From Octopus sinensis (lineage: Eukaryota), in the NCBI RefSeq assembly GCF_006345805.1, contig NC_043015.1:48794001-48858000 (forward strand): 64,000 nucleotides of DNA, given 5' to 3'. This document shows positions 37,401-50,907 of the stretch, in pieces (the stretch's first letter is position 1; the number at the start of each line of letters is the position of its first letter). Under the pieces are notes generated by a model, which was not told where the DNA came from, ran no database searches, and saw only the letters and a program-made list of their open reading frames with translations. Made by a program: the position numbers and the translations under genes.

Positions 37401-37999
37401 CAACTGGAAACAGTGTTTCCTTGGACTGCCACATTAAGTTGGCAACAAACCATCACTTTATTGTGCTGCTACCGTATAAGTCGCTCTGAGAGATTTAGAA
37501 GTGCAATATTTCTACTTTTGTCGATCAGTTAATTTGTTTCACTTGAAATTCTGTAAGCTTTCAAATGCGAATAAGCATCAACAGCTAGCAAGCCAAGCTA
37601 CACCATACTGATGAAGTGCAATGACTCTGAAACTAGTCTCTGGGTGCTGGCTTTGCTGGGTGGAGGTGCTTGTCTCTCCTTTTTGAAAACTTAACGGCAC
37701 AGAATGCTTGTGTCACATAGCCAACTGGAAACTGTGCTGCTTGGAGCTAAATAGCAGTAGCATTCTTCTCTTTCCTGGTCTGCCACATTAAGTTGGCAAC
37801 AAACCATCACTTTATCGCGATGCTACTGTAAACGTCTCTGAGAGATTTAGAAATGCAATATTTCTAATTTTATATATATATATATATATACATACATCAG
37901 AGTAAGCATGTAAATGCAAAATAAGTTAGAAAAAATTATACTTGAATACCATATTAAGTTAAGTTAAGTTAATTTTTTGGCTCAAAAAGCAAAAAGCTT

Positions 38000-38400
38000 G
38001 GCCATGTAGGGGGACATGGAATTATGTACAGGGTGGTGTTCATGCAAAGAGTTCAGGCCATTTCTGGTCAAGAGAGATTTTGAACTGAGCGGTCGTCGGC
38101 ATCTTCACTATCTTGTCCGGCAGCTTATTCCACGGATCTGCAACCCAGACGGAGAAAGCCCCTCTCCTTCGATTGAGATGAAATCGTTGCAGATAGAGCT
38201 TTTCGGAATGACTCTGCAGCCGATGCTCTGGAGCAGGAGTGAAGAACAGCTCTTTCGAGAGGTTACACTTTCTGCTTATGATGTTGTGAGCAAGAATGAG
38301 ATCACCATGGCATCGTCGTGTTTCTAGAGAATAAAGGTCGAGCGTCTTCAGCCTATTAAAAAGCATTAAAAAATTATTAAAAAGCAGCAAAGCTGTCACA
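38000..38400 (-). mobile_element. CR1-type LINE 3' fragment
   Basis: RLKTLDLYSLETRR.HGDLI...RRGAFSVWVADPWNKLP. Confidence 0.75.
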
Positions 38401-39299
38401 GAACCTGTTACTCACAGTTTCGTGTTCCCATTTGTCGGACAGTTTTCTTTAGAATGGAGCAAGATAAGGTTATATGCAGAATTCTGCATATAACTTTATC
38501 TTGCATTTAATTATGTTATATCAAGTTAATGAGCAATTTCCTTATTTTAACATTTTAATATTATATACACCAGACAGAAGTTTTTGAAATTGTTTGCGTA
38601 CTTACGTTATGGTATATGATATATATTTATCTTAATGTGAAGATATGTTTCTATATTTTATGTGTATCTATGTTTTGCTGGTATGTGTATGTATGTCAGG
38701 TCACTTATGAGGCTCTCATTAGTGCTACTGGTGACATGAAATCCAGTACATGTTGCATGGTCAGGTTGCCAGTGACTAAACTGGTACCCCCACCAGGCTA
38801 TCCTGGTGAGGAGGGTTGCTAGAAACACAGCAGGATCAAAAACAAGACCTGTTGAAAGGCCAGATGAACATACATATATTTCCTCTTTCCAGGAAATTTC
38901 CTATTCACAAGAAATTCAAACAATAGATAAAAGACCCAAGTTAAAAAGATTCTCAACTTCTCTGCTAGACATTAAGACACCCACCCCCAATAGGGGCCAT
39001 AACTCCCACATTTAAGAGCTCCATGACCTCCATTTTTCAGGAGCAAAATCTTTTTAACAGGTTCTATAAGACTAGAATTTTGGAATCTGCACATAGAATG
39101 TACCCCCCAGCATAGGCTAGTCATTAGTGACTTTAGGCTCGAGGCCAGAAGGATACCAAGAAGCAGACCAATCCAGAAAAGAATGATTTGGAAGCTAAAG
39201 AACCCTTCACATGGTCAGAGATTTAGGGACATCCTCATCAAGAAATTTGATGAGAGGGAGGAGGAGCTACAGACATAGACATAGAAGGTAGCTGAAAAT

Positions 39300-41435
39300 T
39301 CCTATGGGACAGCTTGGTGGGTGCCACAGACCAAGTCTGCGGATGGTGCAAAGTCCCTTCCAGATCTAGAGTTATGTGGTGGTGGAATTGTACGGTAGAC
39401 AAAGCCATTAGAGCAAAGAAACAGGCCTGGGAAGCCTGGAGGGATGGGGGTAGCAGGGAACTGTACCAGGTAGCCAAAAAGGAGGCTGGGTGGCAGGTAT
39501 ACATAGCCAAGGACGAAGCAGAAAAGAAGTTTGCCAATGTCCAGCGACGTGAGGACCAAAGAACTGTGGTATTTCGGATTGCTAGACAGTGTGTGAGAGA
39601 AAATTGTGATGTCACAGGAAAGAAATGTGTCTGCATGGATGATGCTGCACTTACTTTTAATGTTTCTGAAAAGAAAGAGGCTTGGAGAAGCCATTATGAA
39701 AGACTGCTGAATGTGGAGAATGAATGGGAGGAGGAGAGCCTACCAAATATTGACCCAGTAGAAGGACCAGCTATCCCTTTATCTACTAGGGACAGCTCCC
39801 TAGTAGATAAAGCAATTAAGAGTATGAAGCCTGGGAAAGCCTCCGGCCCATCAGGAATCACTGCTGATATGCTTAAAACATTTGGTAGTGTGAGCTATGG
39901 CCTAGTCACCCTCATTGTAAACCAGGTAGTACATAATGAAGCCATACCCAATGACTGGCGTAGCAGCACCATAGTCAACTGCAACAAGGGTAAAGGTGAT
40001 GCTCTAGATAGAAATAGCTACAGGAGTATCAAACTGCTGGATCGGCTAATGAAGGTCACAGAGAGGGTCATAGCCCATCTCATTAGGGAGGGAGTCTGCT
40101 TAGATGAGATGCAGTTCGGTTTTGTTCCTGGTAGAAGCACCACTGATGCCATATTCCTGGTTTGACAACTGCAGGAGAAATACCTAGCCAAAGATAAACC
40201 CCTCTACTTAGCCTTCGTGGACTTGGAGAAAGCCTTTGACGGGGTCTCCTGATCCCTTATCTGGTGGGCAATGTGGAAACTGGAGATTGACAAATGGTTA
40301 ATAAGGGCTGTACAGGCCCTATACAGAGAGGCCGTTAGTAAGGTTAGGATTGGCAACGAGTATAGTGAAGAATTCCGGGTAGAAGTAGGGGTCCACCAAG
40401 GTTCAGCCCTCAGTCTCATTTTATTCATCATAGTCCTCCAGGCAATAACAGAGGAATACAAGATGGGTTGCCCTTGGGAACTCCTCTATGCTGATGACCT
40501 GGCCCTCATAGCAGAATCACTACTAGAACTAGAAAAGAAGTTTTAGGTGTGGAAGCTAGGTTTAGAATCAAAAGGCCTTAGAGTCAATGTAGCAAAGACC
40601 AAAGTTATAGTAAGTAGGAAGGTGAACTCATCACACACCCCCTCAGGTAGGTGGCCCTGCTCGATCTGTAGAAAAGGTGTAGGTTGAAACTCCATAAGAT
40701 GTACCCAGTGTAAGCTATGGACGCATAAGAGGTGCAGCAACATCAAAGGAAAATTAACCAAGAAGATAGCTTTCGTGTGCGGCAGATGTACAGGGGCAAT
40801 TGACACTACAGATACTCAGAAAACAGATTCCATCACACTCCAGGGGGAGAATCTAGAAGTAGTTGATAGTTTCCGCTACCTAGGTGATCAAGTTAGTAGT
40901 GGAGGTGGATGCTCAGAGAGTGTCACCTCTAGAATAAGAATAGCCCTGGTAAAGTTTAGAAAGCTTCTACCCCTATTGGTGACAAAGGGTCTCTCGCTCA
41001 GAGTGAAAGGTAGATTGTACGACACGTGTGTGAACTGCCATGCTTCACAGTAGTGAAACATGGGCTGTGACTGCAGAGGACATGTGTAGGCTTGAAAGAA
41101 ATGAAGACAGCATGATCCGCTGGATGTGTAATGTCAGTGTGCACACACGACAGAGTGTAAGCGCCCTGAGAGAAATGCTGGACATAAGAAGCATTGGATA
41201 TGGCATGCAAGAGAGACGTTTGCGCTGGTATGGTCATGTACTACGGATGGATAAGGAGAGATGTGTGAAGAAGTGCCACTCCCAAACAGTTGAAGGAATC
41301 TGGGGTAGAGGTAGACCCAGGAAGACATGGGATGAAGTGGTCAAGCATGACCTTCGAATGTTGGGCCTCACAGGGGTAATGACGAAAGACTGAGATCTCT
41401 GGAGATATGCTGTTACTGCAAAGACCCGACAAATA
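39300..41435 (+). mobile_element. RTE-type LINE with a PHD-like zinc finger in the RT region, degenerate
   Basis: WWWN...GKASGPSGI...LDEMQFGF.PG.STTDAIF...GVHQGSALS...LYADDL...WPCSICRKGV...RCTQCKLWTHKRC...CGRC...FRYLGD...RLRWYGHV. Confidence 0.9.
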
Positions 41436-42120
41436 ACGTTAGTTCATGGCTGTTTCTTGCACCAGCTTCACATAGCAGCCCCAGCCCATCAAAAGTACCT
41501 TGGATCGCAGGACGGCCTGCTGTGCTTACCTTGGGTCGTAGGGCGACCTGCTGTGCTTGAGGAGACCTATTGACTCAAGTACATCAACATCAAAATAAAA
41601 ATCAAATGGAAATTGTTGTTGTGTTACTTGTGCCGGTGACACGTAAAAAGCACCAACCGATCGTTGCCGTTGCCAGTCTCCCCTGCCACCTGTGCTGGTG
41701 GCATGTAATAAGCACCCACTACACTCACGAAGTGGTTGATGTTACGAAGGACGTTAGGAGGTGGCGAACTGGCAGAAACGTTAGCCCGCCGGGCGAAATG
41801 CTTAGCGGTATTTCGTCTGCCGCTACGTTCTGAGTTCAAATTCCGCCGATGTCGACTTTGCCTTTCATCCTTTCGGGGTCGATTAAATAAGTACCAGTTA
41901 CGCACTGGGGTCGATATAATCGACTTAATCCGTTTGTCTGTCCTTGTTTGTCCTCTGTGTTTAGCCCCTTGTGGGTAGTAAAGAAATAGGTTGACGTCAG
42001 GAAGGGCACCCAGCTGTAGAAACACTGCCAGGTCAGACTGGAGCCTGGTGCAGCCTCCTGGCTTCCCAGACCCCGGTCGAACCATCCAAACCATGCTAGC
42101 ATGGAAAACGGACGTTAAAC

Positions 42121-42152
<32 letters not shown>

Positions 42153-42520
42153 CGACGACGACGATGATGAACACGCACTTGAACAGCCAGCGTCAGCCGC
42201 TATAAGTGCAAGCTAAATTTATTTAGATCTATTCCAAATTTCAATAAGTAAAACTTCTAGACGTGAATAAAAAGCACCTTTATAATCCAGGCAACTTTCA
42301 AAGACAAACACTGAGCCATTTTGGCTTCACAAAATCATTGCTCAGTTTCGAATAATCAGGGTGAGAACTAAGTTCGTGTTTAATAGATATTATAGGCAAT
42401 CCTCGAAGTCTGGTACACGTTCGTGGAATAATGGAACATTTTTGCAGGTACAATGTATTACCATTTTATTTCTTGAAATTTTCAGTCAACATAAATAGTT
42501 TAATTCTTGATCAACATCTC

Positions 42521-43157
42521 AACCAAAGTAAGCAGATGACTCATCTACGTACTTTGATCTTAACATGGGACCCCTCAACCGCAGAAGCCCACTGTGACCA
42601 CAGGGTTTGCAGTAGCTTAGCGACGGCCCTGCCTGGAGGTCCTTCAGAACCAAAGTAAGCAGATGACTCATCTACGTACTTTGATCTTAACATGGGGCCC
42701 CTCAACCGCAGAAGCCCACTGTGACCACAGGGTTTGCAGTAGCTTAGCGACGGCCCTGCCTGGAGGTCCTTCAGAACCAAAGTAAGCAGATGACTCATCT
42801 ACGTACTTTGATCTTAACATGGGGCCCCTCAACCGCAGAAGCCCACTGTGACCACAGGGTTTGCAGTAGCTTAGCGACGGCCCTGCCTGGAGGTCCTTCA
42901 GAACCAAAGTAAGCAGATGACTCATCTACGTACTTTGATCTTAACATGGGACCCCTCAACCGCAGAAGCCCACTGTGACCACAGGGTTTGCAGTAGCTTA
43001 GCGACGGCCCTGCCTGGAGGTCCTTCAGAACCAAAGTAAGCAGATGACTCATCTACGTACTTTGATCTTAACATGGGGCCCCTCAACCGCAGAAGCCCAC
43101 TGTGACCACAGGGTTTGCAGTAGCTTAGCGACGGCCCTGCCTGGAGGTCCTTCAGAA
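42521..43157. repeat. Five near-identical tandem copies of a 127-bp unit
   Basis: Units start at 42521, 42648, 42775, 42902 and 43029. One variable site (GGGACCCC/GGGGCCCC = A,G,G,A,G). Confidence 0.97.
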
Positions 43158-43993
43158 TATTCTGGATGGGCACTAATTTGTATTGCGGAAAGATTTTTGT
43201 AAACTTTATTTTCTAAATCTGAGAGTACACCATGGAATAGTGAAGGGACAGTGCCGTCCTGTGCATCCAACTTGCCGATGGGCATGCTCTGACTATTCCC
43301 ATTATTTTAGGGCTACGTAGGACTGACTAAATTTTCAAATGTCTTCTTTCCCAAGTCAGTAGGATGCGATTTGAGGGAGATTGAACTGCTATTCTCTCTA
43401 GAAGACCGAACGGTCACAAGCGAGGCTTTCATCGTTGAGAGGCGTTCACGAATTGGTAAGTTCTGTGTTGATTGATGATGGATTAGCTTCGAAGCACTAT
43501 CAAGCCTTCGTTTATTTACGTCAACCTTCGTTTATTTACGTCAGGTTTATACCTTCGTTAATTTACGTCGTTTATTTACGTATCACGCTGTTAGGTTTAT
43601 AAAACAAATGAAGTTCAGTTTAAAGTTTATAAATAAATATATTTGGCAGTTTAAAGTTTATAAATAAATATATTTAGCTGTCAGAAGTGAAAGTCGTCAA
43701 CTTCGTGTATTTACGTCAGGTTTATATCTTCGTTAACTTACGCCTTATCGGCACTGTCATGCTGTTTAAACTTTATAAATAAATATATTCTTGCAGTGTT
43801 GTGTTCAGTTTCAACTTTATAAATTTAATATATTTTCGCATTATTCATTATTGTTTTTAAAAAACAAATCACATACTCCAATCAGCAGCAGCACAACCAC
43901 CACCACCACTACCGCGCGTAATTCAAAGCAGTTCACTTTGAAATCCACACGCGAAAAAATTAGTTGAAGGTTTTTCACTTTAGGATTTTCAGG

Positions 43994-44863
43994 ATGACTT
44001 CTACATACCCTAGTGTCAATGGAATTAATCATCGCGATCTTGTCATCGCCACCGCTACAACAGTAGATAGTATTAACTGGCTTAAGCGACATGGACTTTT
44101 AAATACCGAAAAAACATGCTCCTCGTGTGGAGCGAGCATGATGGAAGTAGCCAAAAAGAATGTGTCGGATGGCGTGATATGGTCGTGTAAAAGGCCTTGT
44201 AGGAAAACGGTTTCGATTAGGAAAGGGACATTCCTAGAAAATAGCAAGTTGAAGTGTGAGCAGATTGTAGATATATTGTACTTTTGGGCAAAAGGCGATT
44301 CAGCAAAGGGAATATCCCATGAATGTCGTATAGCGAATGTGGCCGTAACGGATTGGAGAAATTTCATCCGTGATACACTTGCAGAATATTATGTCGCGCA
44401 AAACATTAAGCTCGGAGGGCCAAACCGAATAGTGGAGATAGCTGAAAGTGCATTTATTAGAAGGAAACATAATGTTGGCCATCAGTGGGTGTTTGGTGCT
44501 TTGGAAAGGGGCACAAGGAGATGCTTTTTGGTGGCAGTGGAAGATCAGACTGCGGACAGTCTTTTAGGAATCATACAAGAGCGTATATTGCCTGGTACGA
44601 CTGTAATTTCTGACCTCTGGCGCTCATATGATACGCGCAATCAACCAGGATATAGACATTTGTCTGTTGATCGTTCCATAAATTTTGTTGATCCGGTAAC
44701 GTTATGGAAGCACAGAAGCAATCGCAACGAAGGAGAAGATAGAACAGCCCGAAGTTTACTTCCATCATCACGTCTCATTGAATACATGTGGCGTTATGAA
44801 TTTAAGGGGGAAATATTCGGAAAGCTATTGGAACAGATCCGACACCTGTATCCATGCGTTTGA
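43994..44863 (+). mobile_element. Merlin (IS1016/ISXO2-like) transposase, catalytically decayed
   Basis: C..C zinc motif, SIRKGTF, GGPNRIVEIAES (D to A), QWVFGALER, TVISDLWRSY, HLSVD.S.NFVDPVT with the following HTQ.IE segment missing. Short TTCGTTTATTTACGTC repeats upstream (43505-43745). Confidence 0.88.
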
Positions 44864-45182
44864 GCATAAGTATCGCATTTATTTATTTTTAAACGTAACT
44901 TCAAACTTCGTTTCTTTTCTATTTTCATAAAGTCTCTCTATTGAAAATTATATTTCTGTGTTTTAAATAATTTGCAATTTCAGTAAATATATTTTTAAAT
45001 TAAATTTGCGTTTCGTAATTTGACAAATTCTACGGAAACAAACGAAGGTGGACGATTGACGTCACACTTTAATTTTACTTTCCTTCTGACAGTTAATTCC
45101 GTGGTCGTGCCGTTTAATTTGAAGGCTATATGATTTTTTTCTTTTGTATCCCAATGTTTTGTATGTGGATAATTCATTTTTT

Positions 45183-45598
45183 GGCAATATTTCGTCTCTA
45201 GTAGACCTTTCCGTCGATTTCCGTAAAAAAAATTTTTTTTTTACATATGGGCTTGCGGGAACTTTTGAAGTAATGAGAGCGAAAGAGACTAAGAGAAAGC
45301 GATTGTATGACGAGGGAAGTTCTTTTGAAGTTACCGTCCAGGAGAAGCATTGATGTACATGTGTGTGTTTGATGGAGTGTGGGAGACAGACAGTATGTTG
45401 TGTAAGTGAAGTGCTTCTGTTAGTGTGTGCGAAGAAACAGAGTAATGTGTGAAAGAGAGAGATAACTGAAATTTTTTACTCGGTGTACGTGTATATGTAT
45501 GTATATTACTTCAAAAGTTCCCGCAAGCCCATATGTAAAAACAAAAAAAAATTTTTACGGAAATCGATGGAAAGGTCTACTAGAGACGAAAGATCGCC
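45183..45598. mobile_element. Merlin-like MITE family 1
   Basis: ~90-bp TIRs GGCAATATTTCGTCTCTAG.../...CTAGAGACGAAAGATCGCC. Perfect 8-bp TSD CATTTTTT (45175-82, 45599-606). Confidence 0.88.
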
Positions 45599-45624
45599 CA
45601 TTTTTTAATAGATTCTGAAATTTT

Positions 45625-45875
45625 GGTACTCTTTAAGAAGAGTGGTCCCGGTGCGCGCACTTGCGTACATGTGCATCCGCGCTAGCTAGTCGTGACTAGT
45701 CGATCCTTTCTTTGTGTTTTTGTTTTAATAATTTTGTTTAAAAAATTATTTAATTTGTGTAAAAAAATATTTATTTTGTGTTTTATTTACTTTGCTAGGT
45801 AGTCGTTTTAGGATCGACTAGTCACGACTAGCTAGCACAAGTGCGCGCACCGGGACCACTCTTCTTAATAGTACC
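45625..45875. mobile_element. Merlin-like MITE family 2
   Basis: TIRs GGTACTCTTTAAGAAGAGTGGTCCCGGTGCGCGCAC.../...CCACTCTTCTTAATAGTACC. TSD (T/C)GAAATTTT. Confidence 0.85.
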
Positions 45876-47298
45876 CGAAATTTTATCTTCATTCATAAGT
45901 GCTTCTCAAACGAAATATACACCGCCGGAAGTTGTTGTTGACAAACAACAGCAGTAATTTTATTCAGCTGAATAATACAGGTCATTGATTGGTTGAAATT
46001 ACCGAAATATGACAACTTTAACACGAAATAACTTAGAAAAAGTTCTAATATTTATTTTCATGGTTAATATAGGGCGTATTAGTCTAAATTATTTTTCATA
46101 AAAAAGGAGTTTTTTGCTTAATTTTTTGTAGCATGGCTTTTTAAAGTCCATTTTTGAATAAATTATTTTAATAACAAGATTATTTAATAAAATATTTTTA
46201 TTTTTTTGATTTTGTCTCTATGAGCAGTACTGAATCATGTAGTAGGGCAGTGACAAAAATTCAAATATTTTTAAATTTTCAAACATGGAGTTAATTATTT
46301 GCATGCTAAAAATGACTTTATTTATAATTTATTTCTTAATTTTATAGTAAATAGAATATGATTATTTGTGGCTTTGTCTCCATGAGCAGTACTGAAGTCA
46401 GTAGTAAGGCTGTTCAGAAAAGGCAAATGCTACTTGTATTAAAATAACCATTTTATTAAATTTGTAACCTCATTTTCTTTTCGTTGTTTTTTAAATTCTC
46501 TAAATATATTCATTTGCAACTTTTGTCTCTGTACAGTACCAAAATTACAGTACGTAGATTATGTCCAGAAAAGGCAAAGTTGCAATGATTATCATTCATT
46601 CTTAATTTAATTTCTAAATGAGAATTAGTCAAATGAAAAAATCAAAATGTTGCTTAAATATTCTTGGAAATTTTTGAATTCAAAATGACTGCAAAAAATG
46701 GTAATTTTGTATATTTTTAATTAAAATTTTACTATTACTGCAATGCCTGTAAAAACTTTGGACTGGCAGCACTCCTGGCCAGGCAAATACTACACTGCTC
46801 ATTGCTGTCCATTGCTCTTGCAGAAGCTGTACATGCAACGTTTTGTGATTGTCTAATTTCAAGTCATCACAATGACTCATTTCCTCTCCTTCTTTACAAT
46901 TTCTCTGCTACTGCCATTTTTCAAACTACAGAGGATCTCTTCTTTGGAGACCTTATTATGTCAAGAAATATGACATAATAAACTAACATAGCAATTTGTA
47001 TGTTAATAATGAAATTTCAATAAAAAAGGGGTAAATAATATCAATCTCAGCAAATTTTAAGAAGCTACTTCGTAAAGAGTTACCTTCCTTTTCCACTGTA
47101 GTCATATTTACCTAAGGAAAGGAGGATTTTCTGAACCCAGAGGCCCCATTACTCATTATGTGAAAAATTTGAAGAGTCTAAAACCATCTCTGGAACATAA
47201 GTAATGTCTGTTCCCAGTTTGTAGAAAATCGGTTGTGAACTTCAGAAGTTATGTGGGTTTACACACGTACTGAGTTTTATATATATGTGTGTGTGCAG

Positions 47299-47363
<65 letters not shown>

Positions 47364-48543
47364 CATCATCATCACCACCATTTTACACCCATTGTCTTTG
47401 CTAGCATGGGTTGGATAATTTGACCAGAGCTGGCAAGCTGCACAAGATTCCAGTCTGATTTGGCATGGTTTCTAAGGATGGATGCCGCTCCTAATGGCAA
47501 CTACTTTAGAGCGTGCTGGGCGCTTTTACGTGACACCGCTAGTGTTTTACATCAGAAGGACCAGTCTTAACACTCCTGCTGTGGAGTGCAGCAAGGTGCC
47601 AGGCATCTTTGTCCTTTGTCATCTTGCCTGAAAGGTTCAGTGTTCTGAGGTCATTCTTCAGTACTTCATCCATCCATTTATATATATAAATCATTTTAGC
47701 GTCATTTGAAGGCTAAAACAATGCAAAGCGCATTGTGACCAGCGATGTGTAGCAACATCTGATAGTCCGGTCGGTCACGGTGATTACAGTGATATATGCA
47801 CACACACACACACACACACACAGGTTCTCAAATTTGAATAAAACTGTAATTCAGACACTCCCAATTCAACTGTCTCCCCACCCTCTCTTCACCCTTATTT
47901 TTTCCACTCCACTCCATATACTCACCCCAGAATGTTGGTGACACTATCAGTTTTCCCTGAACATTTTTTTTTCCATTTTGTTTGTTTTTTTCTTGTAGTA
48001 ATAAGCTTCAAACTGTTCAAGAGAAACTGTTAAATGGTATCCCTTGCACCAGTCTTGGAATATCTACAAACATTTTGGACACATTCTTTATTTTAAACCA
48101 AAAGAATAAAAAAAATAGTGAACAGGTCACAGTTTCAAAGTGACGAAAATATTTTGACACAAATTAAATTTAAATGTTGAAATGAATTTAACGGTTTTTG
48201 TGTGTTTTTTAAATGGCTTTTATTAACAACACCTTCCATGCTGCAATTGTTGTTTCAGCACACAATCTCAGATCAAGTCACTTGCTATGCAAGTACATTT
48301 CCGTAATATATATAATAATATAGATAATATAAAAATATATGTATATATACATACATATATGTACATACCTACATATATATGTATATATGCATGCATATAT
48401 TGTTATAGGACATCAAAAAAAAACGTTGAACACAATGAAAAATGAAAACGTAAAAACAAAAACATAGAAACAAATTTTTTTCAAACAACGAAAAGAAAAC
48501 AAAGAAACGAGACATACCGCATAAAGAATATTCTCCCTATATA

Positions 48544-48883
48544 TCTTCTTTATATATAAAAGTAAGGTTGTGTCTCCTACGATTTAGATTCCTAACTACT
48601 CCCACATTTTGCGGTGCAGTGTAACCAAAAGCGGGTATCTTATAGTCGTGATTCATATCGAGTCCTTTTGGGTATTACGATTTAAAAAAAAATTTACCAT
48701 CATTTTTTTCCATTTTAATGCATTTTTTAGCTATTATATAAGGGAAGTAACTCTCTAAAAATGTCTACGATGAGTCAACGATTTAAAAAAAAACTTACCG
48801 TCATTTTTTGGCTATAACTCTCTAAAAATGCTTCTATAGTTATTTCCCTTACAAACCCGAGCAACGCCGGGTGATACTGCTAG
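48544..48883 (+). mobile_element. Non-autonomous Helitron
   Basis: A|TC 5' end (TCTTCTTTATATATAAAAG), subterminal hairpin CCCGAGCAACGCCGGG, CTAG|T 3' end, no TSD. Confidence 0.8.
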
Positions 48884-49408
48884 TGTATGTATATATGCAT
48901 ATATCTATATATTATTTATATTATTATATGATCGAATGCCACGCATCCTTTTCCAAGTAAGTTTTATCTACATATATATGATGACGGCTGTCCACTCGTG
49001 ATCGAGGAAGACCATTGCTGATCTTCAGGAACATTGTGTACTCTAGGACTTACTCATATTATGCATTTCCGGCTCTGTTGGTGGCTAATGAGCCCTACTC
49101 TCGGCAAGCATACACAACTACTAACATGGCAAATCAAGCTTTCCCCATTCACTATTCTAGCTGTGTGCTTTTGAGCAGTACGCTTAAGTTCTTCATGCAG
49201 AACACATGCTCTCTCAAAGGTGTCAAGCCTCTCCTTTACCTGCTTCCTCCATCTGTAGCAATGACAGGCATTGCTCTCCCAGTGAGTCTCCTGCATATCA
49301 CAGGCTTTTAATGAGGATTTGACACAGTCCTTAAATCAATACAGTTATACATATATAAGACAAAAGGGTACATCCACTGCTATATATATGTATGTGTAAA
49401 AAAATACA

Positions 49409-49508
49409 NNNNNNNNNNNNNNNNNNNNNNNNNNNNNNNNNNNNNNNNNNNNNNNNNNNNNNNNNNNNNNNNNNNNNNNNNNNNNNNNNNNNNNNNNNNN
49501 NNNNNNNN
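49409..49508. other. Assembly gap (100 N)
   Basis: Run of exactly 100 N, a common placeholder for a gap of unknown size. Confidence 0.98.
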
Positions 49509-49858
49509 GTTGCTTCACACCGAAGCTAGGTAAATAAAACCTTTGAACAGAGATTGTCGGAAGCGACACCTACTGGTTTGGCTACGTTGCATTGAAAAGG
49601 GGCAATACCCCGAAACGCGTCTGTAGCTGCCGGCCAAGTAGTGTGGAGCGACTGACCTCCCTTGTTCAAAGGTTATATGGATACAGTTTGTGTATCAAAT
49701 AGCTAACTTAAGGCGATGGCCTCATGGAGCTAATAAGCGGTCAGCTTTATTCTTATTTTTATAAGAATGACATATTAGTATGGCGATAACTAATATTTTC
49801 CGGGAACGCTGCTGTTGTTCTCTTTTAGAGAGACTTAGTAATTTTAATATTTCTATTA
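49509..49858 (+). mobile_element. Hammerhead-bearing element, locus C (truncated by the gap); ribozyme at 49586-49627
   Basis: GTTGCA TTGAAAA GGGG caata CCCC GAA ACGCGT C TGTAGC followed by the same monomer sequence as loci A and B, ending in (TA)n. Confidence 0.8.
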
Positions 49859-49885
49859 TATATATATATGTATATATATATATAC

Positions 49886-49917
<32 letters not shown>

Positions 49918-50510
49918 TACATACAAAAGTTTAAAATGTTCTGAAAAAGGTAAGGAATTACAAAATTACAAAACAAAAGAATATGAATTGAATTAAGGAA
50001 ATTTATTTAATAATTAACAAGTAAACATTAAACAGATATTATGGGAAGATATTGTCAAAATGATGGCATTTTTTTTTTTTTTTTTTTTTCTTTAAAAAAT
50101 GTTGCAGTCTTCATTTATAATCAGCTATTCATTTTGCCATGTGTATTTAATAGGTGCTGAAATGGAACTGTCAGCTTTTACGTCACGCAGGCTTCAGTAC
50201 AGCTGTTTATTATTTATTTCACAGACAAATATTATAAACCCATTTGTTACCATGTTCCTGTTGAGATATGTTGCTTTTGTTCCAGTTAGTCTTGAAAAAC
50301 AATGAAGGGATTTGTAGAATACTGTCGCAGTTATTAAGGTGTCCACAAGATGGAATCTTGAGGTAGGTTTTTTTTTTAAAATTTAGATCACTTTAAAACA
50401 GGTCCCTTTTATCATAGAACCAGGTGTGGTGGTCTCTGGCAGTGAGTTGCTATCATCAGATTTCTTATGTCGTTAGTTGCTGCCAAATTAAGTTGAAACT
50501 CATCAGAAAC

Positions 50511-50907
50511 TATGCCAATTAAATGTCTTTTTCAATTAACAATCAGCTGTACAAGCCAACAAGAGAATTGCTACATGGTCCCTCAATTAGCTGGAAATAG
50601 CAGCCAAATCTCTCTCAAATCAAACTTTATGGTCTTAAAAAAAAAGGAATGACACACTGAATAATGTGGCCCTAGATAAATGTGACAGGGTGATCATTAT
50701 GCCAATTAAATGTCTTCATTTTTTTATTGTAAATACCATTTCAATTAACAATCAGCTGTACAAGCCAACAAGAGAACCACTACATGGTCCCTCAATTAGC
50801 TGGAAATAGCAGCCAAATCTCTCTCAAATCAAACTTTATGGTCTTAAAAACAATGGAATGACACACTGAATAATGTGGCCCTAGATAAATGTGACAGGGT
50901 GATCATT
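50511..50907. repeat. Two-copy direct repeat of ~190-200 bp
   Basis: ATGCCAATTAAATGTCTT...GACAGGGTGATCATT occurs twice in tandem. Confidence 0.8.

Noticed and set aside
41624-42178. 184-aa His-rich ORF
   Set aside because: Composite of a (CAT)n microsatellite and two SINEs read in frame by chance.
42521-43157. CRISPR-like array (also the 40-bp array at 52755-53290)
   Set aside because: Units are contiguous with no unique spacers, there are no cas genes, and the context is eukaryotic.
43049-43285. RAVAKLLQTLWSQW resembling the PolB AKL.LNSLWGKF motif of Polintons
   Set aside because: Short match that lacks the invariant N, G and K residues, with no other PolB motifs nearby.
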